Assembly: GCA_002633005.1 (NCBI GenBank)
Contig: NMRA01000201.1
Location: 137,139-201,138, forward strand
From: Phoronis australis
Lineage: Eukaryota > Animalia > Phoronida
Direction of reading: 5' to 3'
Length of the DNA: 64,000 bases
Shown here: piece by piece, positions 25,625 to 38,900 of the stretch
Numbering within the stretch: the first letter of the stretch is position 1
Layout of the letters: each line of letters starts with the position of its first letter
Program-made: the position numbers and the translations under genes
Notes under the pieces: model-generated
Told to the model about the DNA's origin: nothing
The model's input: the letters and a program-made list of their open reading frames with translations, nothing else
The model's database searches: none

Positions 25625-28111
25625 GTATTTACCCTATGATTAATTGAAATTACCTCGTAGATATTGGCAGTTTTATGTTGATCATCTTATCTTCAACCTA
25701 GTTGTGACTGCTGTCTAGGTAGGTTTCCATTTTGGTGAGGCAACAATCTTTGTTCCTGCTCAATCAGCCTTTGCAGATGTCTTAGATTTTGTGGAACTGG
25801 GCAATATGAGTGAGATATAGTGACTGTAGGATGTCGTTTTTATGGCTGTGAATTATCTGACCAGGTCTGGCTCTGTCTGAGTTTATATTCCCATTAAGGA
25901 GGGCCGCTGATGCCTTGTTTATTATCCAAACCACCCATCAGCCTGGAATGGGTCAATCAAAACAGTTGGGCCATTGTTCCAAGTATTTTCACTCCAGGGC
26001 CACTTGAACCTCTGATGACTCATGTGCAATTTGGAATGTTTTTCGTCTCAAGTTCTCTTAAAATAGCATTTACACTGCTCCAGTGGTGGTGTTATGTAGC
26101 AGGGTTTTTGGCCATTAATGGGCTTTGAACACTGTTTTTTTGCCTGGTTTCCTGATTTTAATTATAGAAAGGACAACAAATAATAAAGATTTTAAATTCT
26201 ATTGGATGGTATCAAAGATTCTTCCGTGTATCATGTTTTCAGTGATGTCGATAACATTTACTTGGATGGTTTTGATGCTGCAATGTTCCGAAATTGTAAC
26301 TTAAATTCAAAGTTTGAATCATTGATCCATTGGCCGGTCCAGGAATGTGCTCGTGAATAGAACTGAAGTTCCAGCTCCTGTTGTCGGCTAACACTGTTTT
26401 ACCAACAGCTGGTCTTTCAAATTCCCTTTCCTCCAATTAAAGCACGCACAGATTCGCCTGTTTTCATTAGGTTCTGCTAATGAGCACACATAGAGCTTGA
26501 CTGCAACAGCCAGACACAGCTTGGGTTAGTTCTCAGCCTCTGCTTCAGTTTGTTGTAAATTCCTAGCGATTACCCAGTGATAGGTTTAAGAAATGGAATG
26601 CTAGTTAATTAGTCCAGCTATCTCGGGAATTAGGTCTGTGCATTTCTCTTGGGGTCGAAGTGTGGTTAGCTATGGCAGCCTGTTCAATCCATACGCTCTT
26701 TCCTGGGAGCCCTTTCAATATCAATATCCTATGTAACCTCACACTCCTTTCTCGTACAGCAAGTTTTACATATTTGACCACACGTTCCGCTGATTTCCGT
26801 ACCTGCTGAATGGTCGTTGGTTGATAGATGTAGCTGTTGGACCGCAGTTGTTTTTCTCGTACAAATCTTGTTAAACTATAAGTAAGCACATCGCTAATCA
26901 CCATGGGATAGGTGACATATGCTGGTACTTAAGACTTAGGAGTCGCTCTCTATGTGGAGACCGGGCTATTTATGCATTATCTTATATTCTTATGCTGGCA
27001 ACTTTATGAACAATGGCTTACATTTTGCTAAATTGAAAACAGTTGTGTGAAAAATGGTTTTCCATTTGCTTTCTCGTAATGTCGTATTGTTGTTTACAAA
27101 TGTGTAGAAAAGTCTCATGAAACGTATCGACTGAGAAATTTGAGGCTTGGGTTTCAGCTTGTATTTCCTTCAATTATCGTTGACAGTTGCAGCCACCACT
27201 CTCGGTGACGCATTAATAGCGACGTAATTGCCGTATCTTGTAATGAATCTACACTGCTGTTACACAATGTCGTGTTTTTGTTGCAGTGCCCAGCGTCAAC
27301 TGTTTTCAGTGTGGTTTCCTAGCATTTGGCGTATTTTCCGATATTGACGTGCCGTGTTTGTATGGATTTTTGCCTTGTTCCAAACCACAAGTTCTATTGA
27401 CTCTTGCTGACTTTGCCAGATGTCAACTACCCAGGGGCTGTTTGATTGCCAAACATTCTCCTTTGGCCTTTTAATGGTTGGCCAATGATTTCCTTTGATT
27501 TTCTTAATTAATTGTGGATAAAAGTTGAAATTTCATCCTGCTATGTGTTGTGCAGTTGCCATTGACTATTTATTCAAATAGGTGGGTATATTGTCATTCA
27601 AAATAATGCTACTTAATTGTTAAAGTAAGCCATGTATTCAAGTTCCATTAAATTTAGTCTACATGTGGACCTTTCCTTTACCAATTATTAATTTATTATT
27701 GAATAGGATCTGAAATAAGACACTAGCAGCTTGGCTCCATTCAGTGTGCGTCCAGGTCCCAGGTTGCCTATATGGACATCCTTGCTCAAAGTTAGGCACC
27801 CAAGTTATATGTCCTGTTCAGTATTTGGACGTCCAAGTAAAGTAAACACGGGTACCAGTATTTCATTTAACTAACAACATCACTTGGGGGCTCATTGTCG
27901 TGTGCAGAATAAAAAGTTTGTTAGGATAGGATGTAAGGTACAACTTATGAACTCGTATGTCTCCACAGCAACAGTACCACCCAATAACGGCAACTTCACC
28001 CGAAGTCATCAAAACGCAATCTCATATCATTGGTCATAGTTGACACTTTTGTAAATTAAGATGCCCTTTTTAGACGCTCAATTTTTGAAGTCGTGGATGA
28101 ATTCCAGCCCC

Positions 28112-28250
28112 CCGTTCAGTAAGACTAGGACCTCGCTGAAAAACAAGACTTAACGAGATTACGTGAGATATTGTCGTGTATTTTATATAAGAACATGTCC
28201 CTTTCGCTAGATTTTAGCTAGGTCCTAGCATAGGTGCTAGTGTTGCTGAA
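28112..28250. mobile_element. MITE family A, copy 1 (TTCAGTAA...TTGCTGAA termini)
   Basis: Aligns over about 130 bp with 47073-47203 (shared ...cgagattacRtgagatattgtcgtg... and ...gctagattttagcta...) and has inverted termini. Confidence 0.8.
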
Positions 28251-28689
28251 TACATGTATGAGTACTACTACACAAGCTCTTCTCTTGTTCTTTACAGTAA
28301 GCGCTTTATCTCTATAATTTAATCACCAGTTGTTTGCGAGTAGAATTCTCTGTTCACGTGATTCATTATTGTGTAGAATAATGATAGCAACGGTGTGACA
28401 TGCTAAATACTCTTGACTAAATTATTTAATTGAATGTTCAGTTGCTTGCCAGGAAGTAAAAGCCTTACACTGATTGTCTCTGCTGGTTAATGTCAGGTAA
28501 AGCTCATTTTCAGTTCAAAACCAATGATTGAGTACCTCACACCAGGATCGGATGTAGATTTATTAAGACACCATCACTCATTATAGAATTTCAATGATGG
28601 TGGTTTGTTACTTTGCTGCACGGCTAATGTTACAAAAGAGTGTAAGGTGATACATAGAAAAGGACCATTTTATTCTTACAACTGTGAGT

Positions 28690-28801
28690 GGGTAATAGTC
28701 TGATATAACGTGCCGGAATTTTGAGAACCAGGTTTCTCCACTAAATAACAGGTATCAAACTGGTTCTCAAAATACGGGCTCGCTAGGTCAGACTATTGCC
28801 C
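28690..28801. mobile_element. MITE family B (about 110-bp hairpin, core TTTTGAGAACCAG...CTGGTTCTCAAAA)
   Basis: gggtaatagtctga..attttgagaaccagg pairs with ctggttctcaaaat..tcagactattgccc. Decayed copies are at about 250-300, 1155-1257, 4275-4320 and 57745-57790. Confidence 0.8.
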
Positions 28802-29117
28802 TGTAAGTCTTTGTATTTCATCAAGACCCTGTCTGTTTGTTCTTTCTTAAATGAAGTAGCCCATCCCGCAGGTGTACTTGCTTCTACACCTCTCACCAGT
28901 TAGGGGCACACTGTGAGGGACAAGTGAAATTTCATACCTTTAGACTGTGACCTTGTTTCTGATGGCAATGAAAATGTTATACAAAAGTCCAGTTAATATA
29001 TTCCTCCTCCTGACATCTGGCACAAGAGTTGGTTCTTTTGAATGATGAGAATAGTTAGAAGGCGTTGTTGTTTTTTGCCTTATTACACAAGCTTTATTTG
29101 CCAGTCTGAAAAATCCT

Positions 29118-29240
29118 GGTCTCGATGGCTGAGTGGTCAGAGTGCCTAGCTAGTATTTGGTAGATCTATAATTTGATTACTCAGTTGGAACAAGTGAGTT
29201 AATCGGACTGGCAACTAGAGCTTACCCTGTATTATTAGGC
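29118..29240 (+). mobile_element. Possible decayed tRNA-derived SINE head
   Basis: ggtctcgaTGGCTGAGTGGtcagagtgcc resembles a tRNA 5' half with a Pol III A box. The B box is degenerate and there is no complete cloverleaf. Confidence 0.35.
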
Positions 29241-32200
29241 AAAAAACTACAAAGCTTCCCACAACGAATTCTGACTATTTTTGCACTTTATGGTTTTCTG
29301 GGACGTTGTTGACAAGTTTGCTCATTTACGGTTGTCAAGTATCTGCAGAACTGATGATTTTTACCTGGTAAAAAAAGTATGTATTTTTCCAGGGACTTGC
29401 ATAATCAGACATAAATTACTTATCTCTTGGGTGCTTTCAAATTCAAATTGGACGCCTGTTTTCCACAATGCAGAAAACTGTTAAACATTGAAAATTTTTA
29501 GTAAGTGTCAGTGTATGACAAAGTTGCCTCAAATTTGAACAAATATAATGCCCAAAATTGTATTTTTTTATTTTTCGGACGCTCGCTGTGTTGCCAAAAT
29601 TGTTGAAAGTTTCACTGTGTGCTTGTTTGTAAAGCTTTCAAATAATCAAGTAAATTTGTCTTCTTGTTTACTGTCAAAGTGCTGAAAATTTTGATGAAAT
29701 GAAATTTCTCTCCTCTATCATATTGTGTTCTAATTTGAAGAAACTTTTCCGCAAGCGTTATAGAACTGCAATGTTTTTAATGCTTTTTACCCAATGTGTG
29801 GCTGCATGTCTGCACTCATCTTAAAGTGTCATTTTCCTGGCTAAATTTAGTATAACATGGCTGTCTGGATGAAGTTCATTTGACATGTGTTCTGCTACTG
29901 TTCCACAAAGTTTAGAATGTCAAAGAGACCAGTCATTTGGCATTCTGTACATTGCAGTTGATGAAGAGTTTGACAACTTATAAAAAGAAAAGTTGTAGTA
30001 GTCTGGGTGAGTCATCTGCAACACAGTGTGTATTTGGTTTAGAACTACTTGCCAATCTGAACAGTGAACTAAACTATAAATTAGGCATGTCAGCTGCAGG
30101 GAATGGGGGATCTACTAATTTCATGCCTGTTTCTTGTCCTACAGTTCAAGTCCTCTGATGCCCGCAGAGTGATATGTGCCCAATTTTTTGACAGTTTTAT
30201 TGAATTTTAACCCACTCCACCCTACAATCTCTGTGGTAAATTAACAGTCTGGCCTCTCTGCATCTGCAAGCAATAAAATTTTGGGCTTTGGCAGCCACAT
30301 CCCCAGGTAAAATGTTGTTTATTTCTGGAACTTATAAATACTGACTGGCTTAGTTGTATATGCACAGATGCAGGGAATCTTAATGTCTTCTACTCATTTG
30401 ATAGCCAGACTGGACATCTGCATCTGGATTACAGTCTACTGAGCTGTAACACTGCTGTCTGGCGTATACCCTCATCATGCCCAATCTCTGTTCACATCAT
30501 GGTGTAACGTTTCTCTTGTGATATCCTACGCCATCAAGAAACTCACTTTTCCATATGGTGCGGGCCTTTGTCTGGTGTCCAGTTTTAACACTTAACACGT
30601 GGTCCACAGCTCACTTATTGTATCCAGTAAATAGGCATTATGTACTCAATGTGTTCAGGTTTTATTATTTCAAAGCATATCCCAGGGAAAATATCAACAC
30701 TTGGCTATTTTAATTAACAGTCTCAATGTCCATTATGTCCAAGAGTGAATAATGGCAGACATTATGATTATCGTAAATCCTATTTCACTGTCCAATAAAG
30801 CCTCCACCTTGCTAATAACTAGATTCATTCATATTCGATTGTAGGAACATTGGTATAGCAGGTGGAAATTTAGAAATTACAGTTGGCAGCCCTTAGATAA
30901 CTGGACATTCTGTTATGAATTCGCAGTGCCTAATCTTCTTATAACTCTCCTACCTGGATAGAGATTGGAGAAACCATTGAGGGAATTTGTCATTGTAAAG
31001 GTGCAGGGTTCGTCTGAGCTGTTTATCAGCCATGCTGGGACACATGGCTTTGCTGCTGGCCAGTCAAGTGTCAACATAGCGGTCATCCTCTCAAGGTCCT
31101 CAGCTATCTTGAGTAAATGGTCAAGACAAAAGAGTGCATGCTTGCCTTCTTAAATATAGCCAGTAGTGTCAAAAGGCTGGACTTCCCATCTGGGCTCTGT
31201 CTGTTGACTTTGTAAATTATGGATGTCTCTGCTATGGCTATTTATTTAGCCTAGCTGTGAACAATGCCATATCCCCTTGCCTAGGATTAGCTTACCAGTG
31301 AGGGAACTGGAGGACACTCTTCATAGCTGTGCATTCTTTCCATCTAGACTTGTGCTTGCATGCGATTTGGGATAGTGTTGGTAGAGAGCTTACGAACTCC
31401 TAGAAGTGACGACAATGCGTGGAATTCATTAAGCACAAATCCCAGCCGCGTTATTGCCGGTACACATGATTTATAAATGTAGTCTTCTACTTAGTTCCTT
31501 TAATTAATTATTTAAACGGCTAGCTTAGTGTATCGTTGGGTGTTTTTTACCTCGCGTTGCTGACACCGTTCGTTAACCATATTGTCTTTGACTTTCAGTG
31601 CACAGGAAGCACAGCTTAAGCGCATTTTTTTCTGGTGAACTGCTGCACGCACACTCTTCTGTTGTGGCATTCTGCTGATATGTTCGGCCAAGAGAAGGCG
31701 TGTGGTCTCCACTGCCTGTTTAATCGGACTATTCTTAGGCTGTGATTCCCCGCGGACTAATGACGCTTCACTGATGGAAATTAATGCAACTTCTCAATCA
31801 TTGTCAAACAAGATCTATTAATTTTTCTACGAGCCAAACCAAACCGTTGTGGTTTTTCAGTTTGCTTACAAAGTTGCTCACTAGCATTCTGGAGCTAAAT
31901 TGTTTGTTGGTGTAAGGAAAAGGCAATGATAAGCATGTTTGTTGTAATGAAATCCCAAATTTTTTACACCATTAGTAAGGGCCAGCATAGATGCAGAGTT
32001 ATGTTCTAAGCTGACTGTCTCAACTTAACTATAACTGAGCTCACAGCAAGGTAAAATGTTCACTGATAGGTAACTAAGTTCTCACTAGGTAAACTAAGTT
32101 TGCACTAACCAGCATAAATGTAGTACACACGGTTACAGTGAGCCGGAGCCTGCGAGAGATTTGTTGTTGTCAGGTGACGCAATAATTAATTTTCATTGGT

Positions 32201-35200
32201 TCCTGCATTGTTCACCTTGCCCAAGTACTGCATGCCATGTAAAAGAAATAATTTTCGCCTCGCAAACCAAAATCCTCACGATTCATTTTAGGGCAGAGGT
32301 GAGCTATGATATGATATGAACTGAGCTCAGTTGCTTTGGTGTCCCAAGTTCTGATATTGCAACTGATTTGTGAAAAGTGACTTGGGAAATGTGGCAGAAA
32401 TTTGGTCTTACTTTCTTTCATCACAATTGCTGAATACGGGTTTAGCCATCACAATCTAGAAATAGGGTATGAAAAGTATCTTAGTTACAAGCAATTATGT
32501 GTATGTTCTCAGAGACTGCACTTTTGTGCAAGTGAGATTTTAATTAGTTTTCAGAAATAGTGCTGGAGGGGCATAGACCAAATTTCTGACTTAAGTATTG
32601 AGTCACATTTTATGCAACAGACACGAGTTCGTTTGTTCTCCAACTTTTCTTCTCTTGTCCTCTATGGAGCCAATCTCTGTGAAGAAGGCTTGGGTGTTGC
32701 AGAACTGAGATCAAACTCCACTGAGAGCCTTAAAAATAGTATACCCTAGCACTAAAGGCAGGGTGTCATTCCTGAAACATTGACCTTGCCATTGACTGTA
32801 GGCAGCACTTCAACACCCAGACCACTGCACAACCATTAATTAATTTTCATTAGCCAGTCCAGGAATGTGTCCAAAGCTTGTTTATTGACCCCAGCTTCAG
32901 TTGGCCATGCATCTTTGAAGCTACCGTATTTACGCAGTTGATCAGCACAGGCTAAATCCATTTTTAACAACTTTGGTTTTGTCCTGGTCAAGGTTGACGG
33001 GAATTTGAAGTTGCGTTCAATATGACTGACAAGTGAAATTCTGTCATTTTTTCCATAAAAATGAAAGTTTAGAAAAGCTTATCTTTATCGTTGACATGAT
33101 TTGTACTGTACAGCTGTCATATAAAATCAAAACTTTCATTAAATTTTAAGCATTTTAACGATGTGATCAACCTTTGAAAAATAGAGCAATTAATTGTGTG
33201 AGATATTGAATAGAGGTTACCACACTGTAACTGGTTTTGATTAAGTCATGCACTTTAGGCTTTAGTAGCCCAAGTGAATAGCTTCCTATACATGCTAATG
33301 AAAAGTGATCAAACAGGGGATATCAGTTGTTTTAATATCCTTGGATTACTTCAGTAATTTCAATAATTGAATGCATTATGATATTATAGTTGCAGGCTTT
33401 TCTATTTTGCGACTTGTATGTGATCCTGTACTTTGCCCTTGGCTCTTAGTGTTGATGTTTCAAACGTACTTTATATACATTTTCAATCTTACAATTTTAC
33501 ATCACCGTAAAAATCTGCGGTTTGGGACCGTGAAAATTTAAATATTTTGCTCAAGGTTGGAGGTTTTTTTAAATTCTAGAAAGTAGCAGTATTGGCCGTT
33601 CAAAATTCAAGAATTTCGATCATTCACCTCTAAATTTCATGCGTGAAAATGTGGCACGAGTGGCTATTTTCAACAACAGTTGATACAAAACACAGACTCC
33701 GATATTTGAGAAATATGATGAATACCGAAATAACCACATCCCAATTATCAGAATCAAGAAAGTTGGATCTTGGTGTCCTTCTGTAACGGAGAATTTTTAC
33801 CATGGCTAGATTTGACGCAGAATATGTCGGAACCCCCCTGGCAATGGGTTTCCAGCTGTTCAAAGGTGTGCTGTTATAGTCAGGTGTGGCTGATGATATT
33901 ACAGACCACTCCTGCAGCATAAGCATGTGTTGTCTTTAATTAAGTGACTGCCTCTTCACTAGTTATTCTGTTCCAAGGTATAACAACTTATTAATAGGTT
34001 CAAGTTAATTATACATGCCCAAGATTGTGCAATAGCGCTGCCACTGGTTTTCCGTGTCTGAAGTTGTCCGTTTTTTCCAAACTCTTCTTTTGTCTTGGGC
34101 GTTAGTTAAATCTTACAGTATTTACGCTGGAAGCAGATGGCAAATTGTGTTTACGGTCTGTGTGTTTCTCCATTCGCATGCACAAAACTGGTACACTGAG
34201 TCTGAAACCTTAAATTATTCAGTCATTCATCTTTTCATTGACCCTTGTAAGTATATAGCAAAAGCGCACAATGCAACAGACAAGCTGTTAAGTTTGTGAC
34301 AGCATGCTTCAGTTTGTACATGACACACTTTTCCATTCATAATTATGCCACCCCTTAGTTGGTTTTCCCCAAGCATTTTGTGGTCAGGTAGATTGTGACT
34401 AAAATCATGCTGTTATATTATCACAGTCATGTCTCTGCTGTCCGAGGTCATAAATATGCAACTGCCTGTCAATCGATAGGCTAGTTATTGTTTTATTAGG
34501 ATGTATCATTGTCCTGTGGTTTTACCAATGACAAAGTCACTATCCGTCAAGAGTCATCAACCTGCGTTCAGTTCACCACTGGTTGAGTAAATATTCTCCG
34601 AAAAAAAAAAGAATTTATTGATTTTAGTGTTTTCGAGTTGTTATGTTGGTCTTATTAGGTGAATGGTGGTTGTTGACTTGAACAGTGCCCTGTTTGTGTT
34701 CTGTTCTAAGTGGCAAGGGTTGCTAAGATGCACTCCGCTTGTAATCTGCGTGGAGTCACTTGTTCAGTTCAGTATGTCCTAGTGGGCTTCATTCACTGAC
34801 TGATAAGGCAAGAATTTCCTCTATCTTCAATCATTTGGTTCTGATAACCCCAGTGTTGACTTCACTGGGGGGAAACCTACTGACTACGTTGTCCTGTAGA
34901 CAGTCTACAGTGAGTGTCCACCAGACCTCCCCACAAGAGTCTTGACCTGGCTGATTCAAAGATACAAGTACCTTCTGTGTGTACACTGTATAGTGCTGTC
35001 ATTCTGTAGTGTAGTGTGCTATGTGGTATTGAAGTGAAACCTGGAACAGATGGTCTGTAGAGGGCTCTACTTGTTCCGCTGGTTGAGTTCCCTTCAGTTT
35101 AGTTGGCGTAATGTTTTATTTCTTCAGAAAATTTCCACCACTTCCCTTAAAATCTCAGTTACTGAGAATGAATGCTTGAAATTGCTCTCTGAACTTTGAA

Positions 35201-35601
35201 AATTCAAGTGGTAAAACTCAGCAATTTCAGACAAAAATAATTGCCGATATAACTGTTTGCTCCTCAGAGCTTGCTAACATTGTTGTGGATCCCCAGATTT
35301 TTCAAAGTATTTTCTGGTGGTAGTATAGTTCGCAACTTTGTAAAGCATTACTTTAAAACTGGGTAACGCATTACTTGATGCTTCATATTTTTTATAAAAT
35401 AGTGAGAAAATAAAATTTGATTTGTCAGTCATATTGTGCCTTACATTGGTCACCAAATCTTGATGTCTGCAAGACTTGCGCTGAAATCAAGGCTGGTAAC
35501 TTAACCCAATAAAATACTAGGCTTACTTATTGACATGTGAGATTTGGGGCTGCTGTGAAACTAGTATGTATGGCTCCTCACTGCTGTTCATTTCTGTAAA
35601 A

Positions 35602-35999
35602 TTCAAGGTACCTAAACTACACGGTCAACGGACTCATAAACATGGGCACGGACGCATGAACACTGTCCACTTACTCACAAAACACGATCCACGCACCCAA
35701 ATACACGGGACACGGATTCATATCCACGAGGAAACACGGTTAACGGACTCATCGGCTTCCTGGGTCAGGTGACATCTCCATTTTGTCCGTAAACCATGTT
35801 TGGCGGTCCGTTAACCGTGTTTCCTCGTGAATATGATTCCGTATCCGTGTATTTGGGTGCGTGGATCGTCTTTTATGAGTCTGTTACCGTGTTTGTGAGT
35901 CAGTGGATGGTGTTTGCAGGTCCGTGAGTCGTGTTCATGCGTCCGTGGGCATGGGCCATGTTTTTGAATCCGTTAACCATGGAGTTTAGGTACCTTGAA
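35602..35999. mobile_element. About 400-bp foldback/MITE palindrome in intron 5
   Basis: Termini TTCAAGGTACCTAAACT / AGTTTAGGTACCTTGAA. The arms (about 35602-35750 and 35806-35999) are complementary along most of their length, e.g. cgaggaaacacggttaacggac / gtccgttaaccgtgtttcctcg and cacgcacccaaatacacgg / ccgtgtatttgggtgcgtg. Confidence 0.9.
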
Positions 36000-38900
36000 A
36001 TATTACCCTAGTCCTCCTCTTTGTCATGGCTGCTTGGCTTGACAGCCAGAATTGGAAATTAGGTCAAGCAGAAGAGGCTTTTTGTGCTCTAAACATAAAC
36101 ATGATAATGTGGAATGTTTTCTGTTGAAACCCATGCCATGTGGATGGACTGTTTGACAGCTATGTGTAAATATATGTCTACAATGTCTGCCTAGATCTCT
36201 CCAGAATTGAACTCCTATGGTTTGAACAGTTTATTATTACGTATACAAATCGTTTAAAGCTGCCAGAGTGTTCACCTACTGTATCACCAAAATTATAGAT
36301 TATTCAATCTAACTCCCATTTAGTACTTACATTGGTTGTATGCACTCGATCACTAAATTGGAGAATCGGTCATACCAAACATTAGGGTAGTAAAAAGGAT
36401 TTTACTTCCTTCATTTTGAGGCTGTTAAATTGTCGTATTTCTACGGTATTCTACCAATTGTGGATGCGCACAGTGTGACATTGATACACACACACACAAC
36501 ATAACGGCAATTAGCATCTGCCTTTTGAGTTTCCTCTCGTGTCTGTGATTCGCCAATGTTAAGTAGCCAAAGTATACAGAATTTGTCTTTGTATACTTTG
36601 AATCCAAATAAAGTTTAAGATAAAACAGAGTTATAAATTTTAGTAAAATTACTTATCAACCTCGATTGATCACCTAGTGTAAATGTGAGTGACTTGTATG
36701 TAATTTGTTCTCATTTGATCGAACTGAGTATTCAGTGTAGGATAAGTACTTCAGTGTAGAGTGAATGAATGAAGGCTTTGTTAGAAATCAGCTGGTGTGT
36801 GAATTTGCCATTTGTTGGAAATCTCGTCAGAGAAACTGACTGAAGGTGCTGTTTTCACCACTAATCAGACTGGAAATTAATTTATGTCAGTCCCAGCTTG
36901 ATCAAATCAAACCAGATTTAGGAATGATGCAATCTCCCTTTGGTAGGCTTCACAAATGCAGGCCATCTCTGATGTATTATTTTTGTTTGCTTAAGCAAAG
37001 CACATTCTGTTTTCAAATAAGGGGCCATGTTGTTTTTAAGTTATGTAATGGTCTGTGGCAATGCTTGTAGTGGATCTGGTCTTATTCAAGGGTGTAAGCT
37101 GAGGTCCAAAGTAATATCACTCCCCACAATACTGGCTCCCAGGCCCAAGGCTGTGTGTTCTGCTGATATCACTAGACTATGTGTGACCCACACACTTTTG
37201 TAGGTGAATTTCAAGCCCGATATTGAAAATTTAAGTAACCTCTTGTTCATTTTTGACAAAAAGAATAGCCAGAATTTCCCCTTTTCATTTTTCAAACGTT
37301 GTTGTGAATGTTGATAGATTTCTTAAATGTCTGAAATGTTGTCCAGTGCAACTATACTACATAACTAGAAAAATGCCAGGCATAACTTTGATGCTACTTA
37401 CTAGTTATGAAGAGCGTGAAAATAAAATTTTGGTTGGTGTTGACTCAAGAGGCCAGTTCAATATCCTAGATACTTGTTGGTGAAACCTATGAGGAGAGAC
37501 CATGTGTTACACTGCAATACCCCTGGCCAGTTTGAAATGCAAATGTTCCCTTTTGTCAGGTGTTGAGCAGCAACCATTATTTTTCATGTACAGTTGACGA
37601 CAGCTTTTCATCTGATGACGAAATATGGATTTTCTCTTTCAACTTTAAATCAGTGTTAGGAACAGCTGTTCTTGAACTAAAGGTTGAACAACAGCTGTAT
37701 TGTATTGAAGTAATATCGGTGGACTGCTGGGTGCGCCGATTAAAATCATCGTAAAACAAATTGTAGATTCACAAGATTTTCTTGGTGATCTTGGTGAAAT
37801 CCAATACAGCTGTATTTTTTATGAAGTACGCCGAGACTGATCAATATCTTCTGATGTGTGTGGCGCAATTTGTACACTTTCCTCCCAAACTACCGCGCTA
37901 ATTGGCTGTAATTTCTACGCTGTCCGATTTTCCACCACATGCGTCCTGTGGCTTGTTATTAAAAAATGATAAATGCGCATAGTTATGCAGAGCCAATGTG
38001 CTGTATTATCGAGCTCTGTTTTAAACCAATCAATGAGCCATTCTCCAAAGTTCTCGTTGCTCGTATGGCCAGCTAAAGCCATGACTCTACTCGTAGGTTG
38101 GTGCAGAGCCATTTGTTTTTCACAGCCTTTTCATGTCTACCAGTCTTCCCAGAGGACGTGTTCATTTGAGGCAGAACTAATTCATTCTGTGTCTAACCAG
38201 TACCAGCTTGCTCAGATATTGGATTAGTGCACTTGGCTTTGGAAACCATGTATATATTAGTCTCTCAGTCTCCGCAGTCTGAGATTTCCTCCCTGGAATC
38301 TGCAAGGCAGCCATTAGGTTGTGATTCACGTCCAGTGTTAAACCAGTTTATCATTAGGCAGTTGTTTTACATAGTCTTGGTGTGGTCATCTGGTTGTGAG
38401 TTTATTTATATGGCTTGCTTGTCACAGTCAGGGAATAAATCACCACCGCTAATTTCTTTTCATGTTACTCCTATGTTCACGAGTGCTATTGATTTGATAG
38501 AACGTGCACTCTGTCAACTACTATCTGCGTTGTCCACTAACAGTTGTTGTTTACTATGTCCAATGACTTTCTTGGGTTGGGGAGAATTCTGTGACTGGTT
38601 TTTCAAAGCGCAGCGAAAAAGTCACTTCGTTTAAGTATAATGTGCTGAACCGTCACTTACGGAAGCCTACAGTGATGTATAGCATTAATGCAATTACAAG
38701 TAATGACATACTAGTAGCTGAAATTGTGAAAGAATTGTAATTCAAAATTACTAATCAGTACAGTCTCATTATCCATGCAGCTTTCATTAGGTTGAGCTGA
38801 AATTGCAAATTTTTAAGTGGTATAACTCAAGTTTGTTGTGCATCCTCCAACTGAAACAATGTAAACACCACATGGTTGTGATATGTTGTGAGTTATGCCT

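Noticed and set aside
29118-29200. Functional tRNA gene
   Set aside because: There is no intact T-arm or B box and no acceptor stem, so at best it is a SINE relic.
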